NCBI RefSeq assembly: GCF_009914755.1
Contig: NC_060928.1
Reading direction: 5' to 3' (one strand)
Length of the DNA: 64,000 bases
DNA from: the human T2T-CHM13v2.0 reference genome, Homo sapiens
The notes below the pieces were generated by a model. It was not told the origin of the DNA. It worked only from the letters and a program-made list of their open reading frames with translations, and made no database searches. Positions 28,941 through 45,750 of the stretch are shown piece by piece. How positions within the stretch are numbered: position 1 is the stretch's first letter; each line of letters opens with the position of its first letter. The translations under genes were made by a program, and so were the position numbers.

Positions 28941-29604
28941 TTTGTATCCTTTGCATTTTTCTATCTTCAAAAATTTCTTCAATGATCATGTGTTACTCTT
29001 ATAAATTTTAAAAAATCTTAATTACCAATAAGTTGTCCAATTACAGAAATGAGGAAATGAGGAAAATAAGAAACTCTCAAAAATCTTTCACTTCATTTTA
29101 ATACTTGAACTTCTAGATTTTTTTTCCAGTAATTGAATATTTAATCATAAAATCTGTGTGAATGTTCTTTGTATAAATGTCAAAGGTATGTTATTTCAAT
29201 GCTTAAAACAAATGAAAATATCAATATCTCGAATGTTTCTATACAAGAAAACACTTCACAGTACCCTCAGTAACCATCATCTAGCCCTTGTCTAACATAA
29301 TCTCCATGAGGAGGCATTTAGTTTTACATGACACTGCCTACCATATAATTTAAAAGCTTTAATTATTAGATTACAAACAACTTAAGTGCAATGAAAGAAT
29401 CATATATTTAGAATCAAAATGCTGATAAATTAAAATTTTAAAATTCTGAAAGGATATGGGGAAGAGAGAAAAATGATGAGCAAAATTCGTATCTTTTATA
29501 ATTAAATTATATTTTACACATATAAAAATTCAATTATTATTTGTATAATGAAAATGAAAGGAAATGGGAGAATGACTTTGAAAAGGATAACTTTAAGAGG
29601 TGAA

Positions 29605-31610
29605 CTCCTATTCAACATAGTATTGAAAGTCCTAGTCAGAGCAATCAGGCAAGAGAAAAAAATAAAGGGCATCCAAAAGGAACAGAGAGGAAGTCAAACT
29701 ATCTCTGTTTGCAAATTACATGATTCTGGATCTAGAAAACCCCATAATCTCAGCCCAAAAGCTCCTTCAGCTAATAAACAACTACACCAAACTTTCAGGA
29801 TATGAAATCAATATACAAAACTCACTACCTTACCTATACACCAACAACAGGCAAACTGAGAGCCAAATCAAAAATGTAATCTTATTTACAATTGCCACAA
29901 AAAGAATAAAATAACAAGGAATACAACTAACCAGAGAGGTGAAATATCTCTACAATGAGAGTTACAAAACAGTGCTCACAGAAATCAGAGAAGACACAAA
30001 CAAATGAAAAAGCATACCATGCTCATGGATAGGAAGAATCAATATCATTAAAATGGCCATACTGCCCAAAGCAATTTACAGATTTAATGCTTTTCCTATC
30101 AAACTACCAATGATTTTCTTCACTGAACTAGAAAAAAAATTTTAAAATTCACATGAAACCAAAAAAGAATCCAAATAGCCAAGGTAATTCTAAGCAAAAA
30201 GAACAAAGCTGGAGGCATTACACTACCCAAATTCAAATTATATTACAGGGCTACAGTAACCAAAACAGTGTGGTAATAGTACAAAAACAGGCACATAAAC
30301 CAACAGAACAGAATAGAGCACCCAGAAATAAGGCTGCACATCTACAACCATCTGATCTTTAACAAACCTGACAAAAACATGCAATGGGGAAAATAATCCC
30401 TATTCAATAAATGGTGCCGGGATAACTGGCAGCTACATGCAGAATATTGAAGCTGGACCCCTTCCTTATACCATATACAAAAATCAGCTTAAGATGGATT
30501 AAAGACTTAAATGTAAAAATCCAAACTATAAAAACCCTTGAAGACAACCTAGGCAATATCATTCTGGACACAGGAATGGGCAAAGATTTCATGACAAAGA
30601 TACTGAAAGCAATCACAACAAAAGCAAATGAAACTATCAACAGAGTGAACAGACAACCTACAGAATGGAAGGAAATTTTTGCAAACTATGCATCTGACAA
30701 AGGTCTAATATCCAGTATCTATAAGGAACTTAAACAAATTTACAACAGAAAAACAACCCCATTAAAAAGTTAGCAAAGGACATGAACAGATACTTTTCAA
30801 AAGAAGACATACATGCAGCCAACAAGCATTTGGGGAAAAAATGCTGAATATCACTAATAATTATACAAATGCAAATCAAAACCACAATGAGATAGTGTTT
30901 CACACCAGTCAGAATGGCTATTGTTAAAAAGTCAAAAAATAACAGATGCTGACAAGGTTGCAGAAAAAGAAATGCTAATATACTGTCAATGGGAGTGTAA
31001 ATTAGTTCAACCATTGTGGAAAGCAGTATGGCAATTCCTCAAAGAGCTAAAAGCAGAATTACCATTCAATGCAGCAATCCCATTACCGGGTATATTCCCA
31101 GAGGAATAGAAATCATTCTACCATAAAAACAGATGCACATGAATGAATCACTGCAGCCCTATTCACAATACCAAAGACATGGAATCAACCTCAGTGACCA
31201 TTAATGACAGACTGGATAAAGAAAATGTGGTGTATATACACAATGAAATACCATGCTGCCATAAGAAAGAACAAGATCATGTCTTTTGCAGAAACATGGA
31301 TAGATCTGGAGGCCATTATTCTTACCAAACTAACACAGAAACAGAAAATCAAATACCACATGTTCTCACTTTTAAGTGGGAGCTAAATGATGAGAACTTA
31401 TGAACACAAAGAAGATAACAGCAGACACTGGAGTCTACTTGTGGGTGGAGGGTGGAAGGAAGGAAAGGAGCAGAAAAGATAACTGTTGGGTATTGGACTT
31501 AATGCCTGGGTAACGAAATAATCTTTACAACAAACCTCTGTGACACAAGTTTACCTATGTAACAAACCTTCATATGTATCCTCAAACTGAAAATAAAAGT
31601 TTTTTTAAAA
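29605..31610 (+). mobile_element. 5'-truncated L1PA15/16-like element
   Basis: ORF2 RT/C-terminal remnants (LLFNIVL, MTDWIKKMW); TSD taagaggtgaa at 29594-29604 and 31613-31623. Confidence 0.92.
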
Positions 31611-31849
31611 CATAAGAGGTGAAAATAACCTTTAAACTTTCTTATTTTGTTTTGATTTTGCAAATCAGGCAACACTCAAAGAAAAAAACAAATCCACATT
31701 GCAAGTTCAAGATTTTAATGCAATTGTCCTTGTAACATATTGAATAAACAAACAAAACTTACATAAGTATATGGAAGACTTGAATAACAGAATTAACAAA
31801 TTTAGGATGATTGACATATTTATATCATTGTGTCCCATAACTACAGAAT

Positions 31850-34075
31850 GTACCTCAAAATGAAAATAAAGGCCATGTATGACAAGCCCACAGCTAACAT
31901 CATACTCAATGGGGAAAAGTTCAAAGCTTTTCCTTTAAGATCAGGAACAAGACAAAGATGCCCACTTTGCCACTTCAATCTAGTACTAGAAGTTCTAGCC
32001 AGAACAATTGGGCAAGAAAAAAAATAATAAAAGGCATCCAACTCAGAAAAGAAGAAGCAAAATTGTTTCTGTTTGAGGATGACATGTTCTTACATATAGA
32101 AAGCTCTAAAGACTACTGCCCCCCCAAAAAAAGTTAGAACTAATAATACAGTAATGTTACAGAATACAAAATTAACATACAAAAATCACATGCTTGCACT
32201 AACAACAAACTATTTGTTAAAGACATTAAGAAAACCATCTTATTTCTTATAGTATCAAAATGTTATTTAGGAATAAATTTAACCAAGAGGGTGAAAGATC
32301 TGTATGCTGAAAACTATAAAATATTGATAAAAGAAATAGAAGATACAAATAAATGAAAAGATACCCTATATTCATGAATGTAAAGAATTAATACTGTCAA
32401 AACATTACTGAAAGTAATATACAGATTCAATGCAATCCCTATCAAAATTTCACGACATTTTTCACAGAAATAAAAAAAATCCTAAAATTCATATGGAGCC
32501 ACAAAAGACTCCAAATAACTAAAGCACACTTGAGTAAGAAGGACAAAGTTGCAGGCATACAGATCCTTATTTCAAATATATTATAAAGCTATAATAATCA
32601 AACAGTATAGTACTGACATAGCAGATACATAGAAAAATAGAACAAAATAGAAAGCCTGGAAATAAACCCACACATATACTATCAACAAATCTTTGGCAAA
32701 ATCAACAAAAATGAATGATATAGAAAGGATATTCTCTTCAATAAATAGTCTTGAGAAACCTGAGTATCCATGAGCAAAAGAATAAAATCAGATCCTTAAC
32801 ACCATATAAAAAGATCAATTCAAAATCAATTAAAGACTTAAATGTCAGACCTGAAACCACAGGATTTCTAGAAGAAAACAGAGGGGGAAAGCTCTATGAC
32901 ACTGGTCTTGGAAATAATCTCATGGATCTGAGATCATAAGCACAGGCAACAAAAGCAAAATTAAACAAGTGGGACTATATAAAACTTAAAAGCTTCTGCG
33001 CTGCAAAGGAGACAATCAACAAAACAAAAAGGCAACCTACAGAATAAAAGAAAATATTTGCAAACTACATACCTGATAAGGGTTAATCTTCAAAACATAC
33101 AAAGAACTCATAAACTCAACAAAAAGAAACAAATAACTAACAGTTGGCAAAATACTTGAATAAGATATTTTTCTAAAGAAGACATTTGTATGGCCAATAG
33201 ATATATGAACTAATGCTCAACATCACTAATCATCAGGGAAATGAAAATCAAAACCACAAGGAGATACCACTTCACATCTTTAAGAAGGATTATCATCAAA
33301 AAACTCAAAGGTAACCGGTGTAGCTGAGGATGTGTAGAAAAGAAAGCTCTTACATATTTTGGTGGGTATGTAAATTGGTACAGTCATTATGGAAAACAGT
33401 ATAGAGGCTCCTCAAAATATTAAAAATAGAACTACTGTATGATCCTGCAACTTCACTTTTGGCTATACATCCAAAAGAAATAAAATCAGTATGTTGAAGA
33501 GATATCAGTACTTCCATTTTCATTGCAGCATTATTCACAAGAGCCAAGATATGAAATCAACATAAGTGGCCACTAATGGATGAACAGATAGAGAAAATGT
33601 GATATATATATTTATATGAATGAATATTATTCAGCCTTTAAAAAGAAAAAGTTTGCATGATCTCACTTATATATAGTCTTAAAAAGTCAAACTCATAGAA
33701 ACAGAGTAGAAGGATGGTTACTAGGAGTCAGGATATCAGAAAAATGAGATGGTGGTCAAAGGGTTCAAACTCGAAGTTACAAAATGAATATATTCTGGAC
33801 ACCTACCGCACAGCATAGTGACTGTAATAATAACAGTGTATTGTATACTTGAAATTTGCCAAGAGAATAGATCTCAATTATTCTAATTACATACACACAA
33901 AAAGGAAACTATATGAGATAATGGATATGATAATATGATTAGTTGTGGCAATTATTCTACAATGTATGTGCATATATGTGTGTATCTCAAAACATCACAT
34001 TGTACACTTTGAATATACACAATTTTTATTTGTCAATTACACTTCATTATAGCTGGAAAAAATTAAAATTAAAAA
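31850..34075 (+). mobile_element. 5'-truncated L1MA element
   Basis: ORF2 remnant [26 protein letters not shown]; L1MA 3'UTR ending 'tttttatttgtcaattacacttcattatagctggaaaaa'. Confidence 0.88.
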
Positions 34076-34397
34076 ATGGCCAAAAATCAAGTATCTAAGC
34101 ATACAATTAAAAATCTAAAAAAAAAACAGCAAATTAAATAAAGTAAATAAAGGAGAAAAATAATAGACAGTGAGTACAATAAATATAGAATCAAAAATAA
34201 AGCCACAAGACGGCTATTTTAAAAGACCAATAAAACTCATGTAGTAAGACCGATTAACAAAAAAAGAGGGCAAGGAGCCAAGATGGCCGAATAGCAACAG
34301 CTCCCAGCGTGAGCAACGCAGAAGACTGGTGATTTCTGCATTTCCATCTGAGGTACTGGGTTCATCTCACTAGGGAGTGCCAGACAGTGGGCGCAGG

Positions 34398-34706
34398 TCA
34401 GTGGGTGCGCACACTGTGCAGGAGCCGAAGCAGGGCGAGACATTGCCTCACTCGGGAAGCGCAAGGAGTCAGGGAGTTCCCTTTCCTAGTCAAAAAAAGG
34501 GGTGACAGATGGCACCTGGAAAATCGGGTCACTCCCACCCGAATACTGCGCTTTTCCAACGGGCTTAAAAAATGGCGCACCACGAGATTATATTCCGCAC
34601 CTGGCTCAGAGAGTCCTACGCCCACAGAGTCTCGCTGATTGCTAGCACAGCAGTCTGAGATCAAACTGCAAGGCAGCAGCCAGGCTGGGGGAGGGGCGCC
34701 CACCAT
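34398..34706 (-). CDS. L1 antisense ORF0 (ATG retained, C-terminally extended to 102 aa)
   Basis: Frame reads MVGAPPPAWLLPCSLISDCCASNQRDSVGVG...RVGVTRFSRC, matching recalled primate L1 ORF0; expression not shown. Confidence 0.65.
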   Translation of the reverse strand: MVGAPPPAWLLPCSLISDCCASNQRDSVGVGLSEPGAEYNLVVRHFLSPLEKRSIRVGVTRFSRCHLSPLFLTRKGNSLTPCASRVRQCLALLRLLHSVRTH

Positions 34707-35165
34707 TGCCCAGGCTTGCTTAGGTAAACAAAGCAGCTGGAAAGCTCGAACTGGGTGGAGCCCACCACAGCTCAAGGAGGCCTGCCTGCCTCTGTAGGCT
34801 CCACCTCTGGGGGCAGGGCACAGAAAAACAAAAACACAGCAGTAACCTCTGCAGACTTAAATGTCCCTGTCTAACAGCTTTGAAGAGAGCAGTGGTTCTC
34901 CCAGCACGCAGCTGGAGATCTGAGAACAGGCAGACTGCCTCCTCAAGTGGGTCCCTGACCCCTGACCCCCGAGCAGCCTAACTGGGAGGCACCCCCCAGC
35001 AGGGGCAGACTGACACCTCACACGGCTGGCCAGGTACTCCAACAGACCTGCAGCTGAGGGTCCTGTCTGTTAAAAGGAAAACTAACAAACAGAAAGGATA
35101 TCCACACCAAAAACCCATCTGTACATCACCATCATCAAAGACCAAAAGTAGATAAAACCACAAAG

Positions 35166-36184
35166 ATGGGGAAAAAACAGAACAGAAAAACTGGAAACTC
35201 TAAAAAGCAGTTTCCTGCCTCTCCTCCTCCAAAGGAACGCAGTTCCTCACCAGCAACGGAACAAAGCTGGACGGAGAATGACTTTGACGAGCTGATAGAA
35301 GAAGGATTCAGATAATCAAATTACTCCGAGCTATGGGAGGACATTCAAACCAAAGGCAAAGAAGTTGAAAACTTTGAAAAAAATTTAGAAGAATGTATAA
35401 CTAGAATAATCAATACAGAGAAGTGCCTAAAGGAGCTGATGGAGCTGAAAACCAAGGCTTGAGAACTACGTGAAGAATGCAGAAGGCTCAGAAGCCGATG
35501 CAATCAACTGGAAGAAAGGGTATCAGCAATGGAAGATGAAATGAATGAAATGAAGTGAGAAGGGAACTTTAGAGAAAAAGAATAAAAAGAAACGAGCAAA
35601 GCCTCCAAGAAATATGGGACTATGTGAAAAGACCAAATCTACGTCTGATTGGTGGACCTGAAAGTGACGGGGAGAATGGAACCAAGTTGGAAAACACTCT
35701 TCAGGATATTATCCAGGAGAATTTCCCCAATCTAGCAAGGCAGGCCAACATTCAGATTCAGGAAGTACAGAGAATGCCACAAAGATACTCCTCGAGAAGA
35801 GCAACTCCAAGACACATAATTGTCAGATTCACCAAAGTTGAAATGAAGGAAAAAATGTTAAGGGCAGCCAGAGAGAAAGGTCGGGTTACCCTCAAAGGGA
35901 AGCCCATCAGACTAACAGCGGATGTCTCGGCAGAAACTCTACAAGCCAGAAGACAGTGGGGGCCAATATTCAACATTCTTAAAGAAAAGAATTTTCAACC
36001 CACAATTTCATATCCAGCCAAACTAAGCTTCATAAGTGAAGGAGAAATAAAATACTTTACAGACAAGCAAATGCTGAGAGATTTTGTCACCACCAGGCCT
36101 GCCCTAAAAGAGCTCCTGAAGGAAGTGCCAAACATGGAAAGGAACAACCGGTACCAGCCACTGCAAAATCATGCCAAAATGTAA
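35166..36184 (+). pseudogene. L1 ORF1p, disrupted
   Basis: ATG GGG AAA AAA CAG start at 35166; premature stops in the 5' half; C-terminal 186 aa open (KRPNLRLIG...YQPLQNHAKM). Confidence 0.95.
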
Positions 36185-36247
36185 AGACCATCGAGACTAG
36201 GAAGAAACTGCATCAACTAACGAGCAAAATAACCAGTTAACATCATA

Positions 36248-39479
<3,232 letters not shown>

Positions 39480-39678
39480 ACAATGAGAACACATGGACAC
39501 GGGAAGGGGAACATCACATTCTGGGGACTGTTGTGGGGTTGGGGGAGGGGGGAGGGATAGCATTGGGCGATATACCTAATGCTAGATGACAAGTTAGTGG
39601 GTGCAGCGCACCAGCATGGCACATGTATACATATGTAACTAACCTGCACATTGTGCACATGTACCCTAAAACTTAAAG

Positions 39679-39713
<35 letters not shown>

Positions 39714-39799
39714 GTTGTGGCAGCTGCTATAATAAACAACCCATCAAGCCCCAATAAACAATCAAAAGGCAAACAAACAAAAACAAAAACAAAAACAAA

Positions 39800-40680
39800 C
39801 AGAAAGAGTGAAAAAGCATAAGCTAATCAGGAATTTTAAGAAGCAATTGTTAATTATATATCCTAGAAACATTAAAAATAATAAAAGCACATTATGAACA
39901 ACTTTATGCAAATACATTTGAAAATTTAAATAAAATGAAAAGAAATTGGCAGAAGAAAAAAATGAAAAATAATTTCTAAATCTACCAAATCTACCAAATT
40001 TAATCTGTTATTAAAAGCTATCTTACATAAAGAATCTACCCTCAAATGGTTACACCAGTAAATTCAACAACAATCTCACACAAATTCTTTCAGAAAATGG
40101 AAAAACAGGCAACACTTACCAACTTTATGTGGTGACCATAACCATGACATCAAACCCTAACAAGGAAATTACTAAAAAGGAAATTACAGACCAATGCATC
40201 CCACAAAAATAGAAACAAAAGTCCTAAATAAAATATTAGTAAATAGTGCTGTGACATATTAAAAGGATACATCAAAAACACCTACGTTTTATTCAACACA
40301 TGCAAAAATAAATTTGCATTTAAAAAGTAATCAATATAATTTACTTGATAAGAGAATTAAAAAATCATAAGTAACCCAATAGATTTGAAAAAATGCTTAA
40401 TAAAATTTAGAATATATTCCTAATATAACACTTGATAAACTAGAAATAGAAGCAGACTTCTTTAAATGGTAAATAATATTTTTAAATTACTAAGCATATT
40501 ATACAGTATAGTGAATTATTAAAACTTTCCCCCAGAAACAAGCTAAGGATACTCACTTGCACCAGTTTTATCCAGCATCCTACTGATGATGCCAATGCCA
40601 CTACACTAAAACATGATAATAATAATAATATTCATAGGATTTGTAAAGTCACTTTCCATAGATTATATGACTTTGTATGT
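39800..40680 (+). mobile_element. Ancient L1M ORF2 remnant; host of the young L1, continuing from ~34080-34268
   Basis: 'ttatgaacaactttatgcaaatacatttgaaaattta' and 'ggaaattacagaccaat' decayed ORF2 motifs. Confidence 0.7.
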
Positions 40681-41518
40681 AAATATTCTGAAGTAAATCC
40701 CTGCAGAAAAACTTGTGACTATACCCTCTCTGCTCCACAGAAATACCACAAAAGGAACTTCATCCTGCCCCTTCCCCACCAAGTTTTGTAGAGATTGTTA
40801 TGCAGAGTCCTGTTGACTCCCTAGGTACTGTACTAACAAGGTGACATTCCTCCCACTCACCACCGGGTGCTGCAGAAACTCTTGGGCAGAGCCATGTCAT
40901 CGAACTCATCCTGTACTAAGTAAATAACAGCAAAAGGCAGCACCTTGCCTCTTCCCAGCTAGATAATAGTTGAGAAGTGGTAGATTATGGAAAGGTCGGG
41001 GAAAATAAAGGAAATGTTCAAATCTGTGTATGAAATCCTGCATATACTCCCAAAAGACTCATAGGTGAAACTAAAATCAATATAGCAAAAGCTCTGAAAA
41101 TTAAATTATCATGTGGAATACTGTCCATGTTTCAAAAAGTCCACTGGGTACCATATAAACAGAACAGAAAAGTACTGTGGCGTTTTTAAGCACCAAATTG
41201 ACATCTGAACCACAGCCCACAAAAGTGGTCCAGGATATATGCTTTAAACCCAAATAATCTGACTTTCTACTAAAACAGAAGATGTAAATAGAAACTGTAA
41301 TTTCATAACACGATACTGAAAATGTATAGAACGCATTTCAAAAGTACTCATCATAACAATAAAAAGAAAAAATTTCAACTAAAATGAGAAAAGACAGTCA
41401 ACAGATGACAACACCAAGATGGAACAAATGCTAGAAGTATCTGACAAGACATTTAAAGCAGGTATCATACGAAAGTATCAACAAGCAATTATAAATTCTT
41501 GGAAAAAAATAAAAATTA

Positions 41519-43457
41519 GGGGGCAGGCCAAGATGACCAATTAGAAGCAGCTGCGAACTGCGGCTCTCACAGAGAAGAACAAAAATGGAAAGTGAATTCT
41601 ACACCTTCAACTAAGGTATCCAGGTTCTCGTTTGGTACTGACTACGCAATCGGCGTGACCCATGTAGAGAGAGGAAAAACAGAGTGGGGCAATAGCTCAC
41701 CTGGAAGCACAAGCCGCATGGGCAAGGGGAGCTCCCAGCTCCAGCCAAGAAAGGGGGTGAGTGATTGTGCGACCCTGCCTGGGAAACCAGGCTTTTCCCA
41801 CAGATCTTTGCAACCCACGAATAAGATCCCTTCAAGCCCAGGCCACCAGGGCCTTGGGTGAAAAGCACAGAGCTGTGCAGACTGTCAGCGGCTGATCTGG
41901 CACACACAGAAACACAGGAGTTTTTGCATACTCCGTGCCTGGGAATTCCAATGAGGCAGGACACCCGTCCATTCCTGTAGAAAAGCCAGGGAGCCAAGCA
42001 GGCTCGTTCAGCAGGCCCCACTCCCAGAGCTCCTCACAAGTTAAGACCCACTGGCTTGGAACTCCAGACGCCCAGTGGCAATAGGTTGGAGACTGCCTGC
42101 GACTACCAAGTTCCCGGGGGGCAGGGGCAGCTGCCATCTCTGCAGCTGGAGTCAGCCATCCTGGCCTGCAGCTCCTGGAAGTCTGGGTGGTCCAGATTGG
42201 GAGGAATTCCCCACAACACAGCACAGCTGCTGTGGCAAATCGTGGCCAGACTGCTTTTTTAAGTGGGACCCTAATCCATCCCTCCTCACCAGGCAAGTCC
42301 TTCCTGGAGGAATTTCAGCAACTCTAGCAAGGGTTTTACCAGACAGAACTCTGATCTCCCTGGGAGGGAGCCCCTGGTGGGGAGAAGCGACAAAGGTCTT
42401 CACGGTTCAGCAGACATAGCATTTCCTGCCTGCCGGCTGTGGAGAGTCTGGGCGGTCTGCAGGAGAAGGGTTCTCCAGCACAGCGGAGTCACCCCACCAA
42501 GAGGCAGCCAGACTGCTTCTTTAAGCAGGTCCCTAATCCCGTTCTTCCCGACTGGGTGACCTCCAACAAGAGTCTCCAGACACCTCCTACAGGAATATTT
42601 GAGCTGGCATCAGGTTCGTACCCTTCTGGAACAAAGCTCCCTGAGGAAGGAGCAGGCTGCCATCTTTACTGTGTTGTAATCTCCACTGGTGATACCGTCA
42701 GGTGTGGGAGGGACCCAGGCGATTAGGGTCCGGAGTGGACCCCCCAAAACACGCGGCAGCCCTGCAGAAGAGCGGCCTGTTAGAAGAAAAACAGAAAGAA
42801 AAAAAAACACCCTACAAAAAAAACATTCAAAGATCAGCAACCTCAAAGATCGAAGGTAGATAAGCCCACAAAGATGAGGGAAAAAAATCAACACAAAAAC
42901 ACTGAAAAGTCAAAAAACTACAGCGCCTATTCTTCAAATGATCACAATGCCTCTCCAGCAAGGGCACAGAACTGGGCTGAGGCTGAGACCGCTGAATTGA
43001 AAGAAGTAGACTTCAGAAGGTGGATAATAATTAACTTGGCTGAGCTAAAGGAACATGTTGTAACCCAACACAAAGAAGCTAACAATCAAGATAAAACAAT
43101 ACAGGAGCTGACAGCCACAATAGCCAGTTTAGAAAGAAACATAACCAACCTGATGGAGCTGAAATACAACACAAAAACTTCACGATGCACTCTCAAGTAT
43201 CAATACCAGAATAGACCAAGTGGAGGAAAGAATCTCAGAGCTTGAAGATGACCTTTCTGAAATGAGACAGGCAAACAAGAATAGAGAGAAAAGAATGAGA
43301 AGGAATGAACAAAAAAGAATGAAAAGGAATAACAAAGCCTCCAAGAAATTTGGGATAATTTAAAAAGACCAAACCTATGAATGATTGAGGTGCCTGAAAG
43401 AGACAGAAAGAACAGAATCAAGTTGGAAAGCATACTGCAGGATATCATCTAGGAGAT
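41519..43457 (+). mobile_element. Older L1PA (about PA8-PA13) 5'UTR plus 5' half of ORF1, lacking the 3' part
   Basis: 'ggccaagatgaccaattagaagcagctg' start, ~1.35-kb GC-rich UTR, ORF1 from 42874 (MREKNQHKNTE), abrupt end at 'gatatcatctaggaga'. Confidence 0.88.
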
Positions 43458-45089
43458 GCCATGCATTGGCATTTTGTAAAGTTCTCTAGATGATTCTAAG
43501 AAGCTTTTTAAGAGTTGAGAAACGCTGGCCTAAATAAGTGACAAATAATTTTGACCTACCATAAAATGGAGACATCTAATTGTACTAATGACCCAATAAT
43601 ACAATTCTAAAGAGGAAAGAGATACCTTTATGATAAAGCTTAGAAGGACCTGATAGCTTCTAACAAAAAGTTCTTTTAGCAGAACAAATTTACGCTGATG
43701 TCTATCTTCCAAGAATGCTAACAACATAATAGGTATTTTATAATTGTGCTAAAATTCAGCTTTATTCTGAAAATAGTTTGTATAATATAAGCTTCAAGGA
43801 AAATTCAGAGTTGTGACAGAGACAGAAACAGGCAATGAAGGAGAATAAATAAGCTGTCCTGGGAAGTTAACAAATGATTCTATTTTTCTTCATCTTTATC
43901 AATCACTTTATTAACTTTAAGAACAAGCTCAAATTTTACTTCCCTCAAAACCGGTATCTGCCTAATCCATCACTTGAGCTGTATTTTCCAATACTTACAT
44001 GCTGTTTGTTTGGAATTAGAGCAAATAAAGAAGTTACAAAAACTGATTGGTTTTGGATGCATTAAAATTAGAAATACCAATTAGAAATCCAAGTTGAGAC
44101 ATCAGAGAGACAAGTATGAATATGTCTGAAGTCAAGGAAGACGATAGGCTATAGACATAAATAACTTATTGGGTTCCTAACCTATAGAACAGCTCCTCCT
44201 CCTTGCGCATATAATAATGATAGTATAGCTTTAAATTATCAATTAAGATTACAGTGCACAGTGATAGGTAATTCCAAGTTTGGCAATATTCCCAAGGGTC
44301 ATCAGTAGTGGAACACACACCTCCACATTATGGAATAAAGAGTAAAAATCCTCATTCCTTATAGGGGCTTCATAATGTTGATAAATAAAACAAATATCAG
44401 AATCAATAGGTTTCAAATTTTAAAACTTTCTAGTGCATACATAAACCCCAAAATGTTCTACATAATCTGATGCTAAATTTGAAATTTAAGTGTGAATATA
44501 TTAAATTTAATAAGCAAATTTAAATGAGCAAGTTGAAGAAAAATTTTAACATTTACAATAATATAATTTTTAGATACTTCCTGACTTTGAGTGTTTATTT
44601 CAATCAGAAATAACATAAAATTATAATTGCAAATCCTGAGAATATTCAAGCTCAAATCAAAGCTGTACATTCAGAATAAGGTACTAAAAGTAAAATTTCT
44701 ACGATACGTAACAGCTATGAAACATAGACCTACACATGCAATACAATCAAACCTTTGAAATGATTTATCTGAACTGGATACACACAGTGCTTGACACCAA
44801 CAAGCACGAAAATCTCCCTCTATAGAGCTGTTTTCAGAGTAATCTTTGTCTGAAAGTAAATTATTACCCCAAGTTAAACTGATTGCTCATCATATATTCC
44901 AAGAAATTTCTTTTAAGGTAAACACAACTAATCTGAGGATTCTCTGAAGCCCAATTGAAAACATTGTAATAGTGGTCCACCATCACTGTAAAAAAAAGAA
45001 TCAGCATACTGAACTAAACTTAAGAAAACAGGCATCAAATAGCTCACCAGGAAAATAAAATACTAGGTCATGAAAAGATTTTTTTTAAC

Positions 45090-45750
45090 TTTTTTTATTG
45101 TTGTAAGACACATAAAATGTATCATTTTTATAATTTTTAAGTGTACAGTTAAGCAGTACTAAGTACCTTACCATTGTTGCATAACCATAACCACCACACA
45201 CCTCCAAAACTTTCCATCTTCCCAAACAGAAACATTGTACCATTAAACAATAACTCTCCATTCTCTCCTCCCCACTTGCAACCACCATTCTACAAGTTGC
45301 ACACTGAGTATCCTTTATCCAAAATTCTTGAGACCAGAAGTGTTTTGGACTTCAGATTTTTTTGGAGTTTGGAATACTCGCATTATGCCAATTGAGCATC
45401 CCAAATCCAAAAATCCAAAATCTGAAATGCTCCAATGAGCATTTTCTTTGAGCATCATGTCGGCATTCAAAAAGTTTCAGATTTTGGAGCGTTTCCCATT
45501 TCAGATTTGGGATGTCAACGTGTACTTTCTGTTTCTATGAATTTCACTACTCTAGGTACTTCATATAAGTGGAATCATATAGTATTTGTCCTTTTCTGTC
45601 TGGCTTATTTCACATATAATGTCCTCAAGGTTCATCATATTATAGCACGTCAGAATTTCATTCCTTTTTAAGGCTGAATAATATTCCATTATGTGTATAC
45701 CACAATTTGTTTATCCATTCATCTAGTGATAGATATTTGGGTGTTTCCAG
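45090..45750 (-). mobile_element. L1MB-like 3' end with nested Tigger4a/MER46-like MITE (~45303-45523), within the retrocopy 3'UTR
   Basis: 'tttttaagtgtacagtt...ccatcttcccaaacagaaac'; MITE 'tgagtatcctttatccaaaattcttgagaccagaagtgttttgga'. Confidence 0.8.

Noticed and set aside
30620-30640. ~50-bp gap in L1 ORF2 ('aaagcaaatgaaactatc')
   Set aside because: Ordinary deletion between repeated 'agcaaa' motifs in a dead element
41592-42894. ORF cluster in a GC-rich island, suggesting a gene promoter or first exon
   Set aside because: It is an L1 5'UTR leading into ORF1
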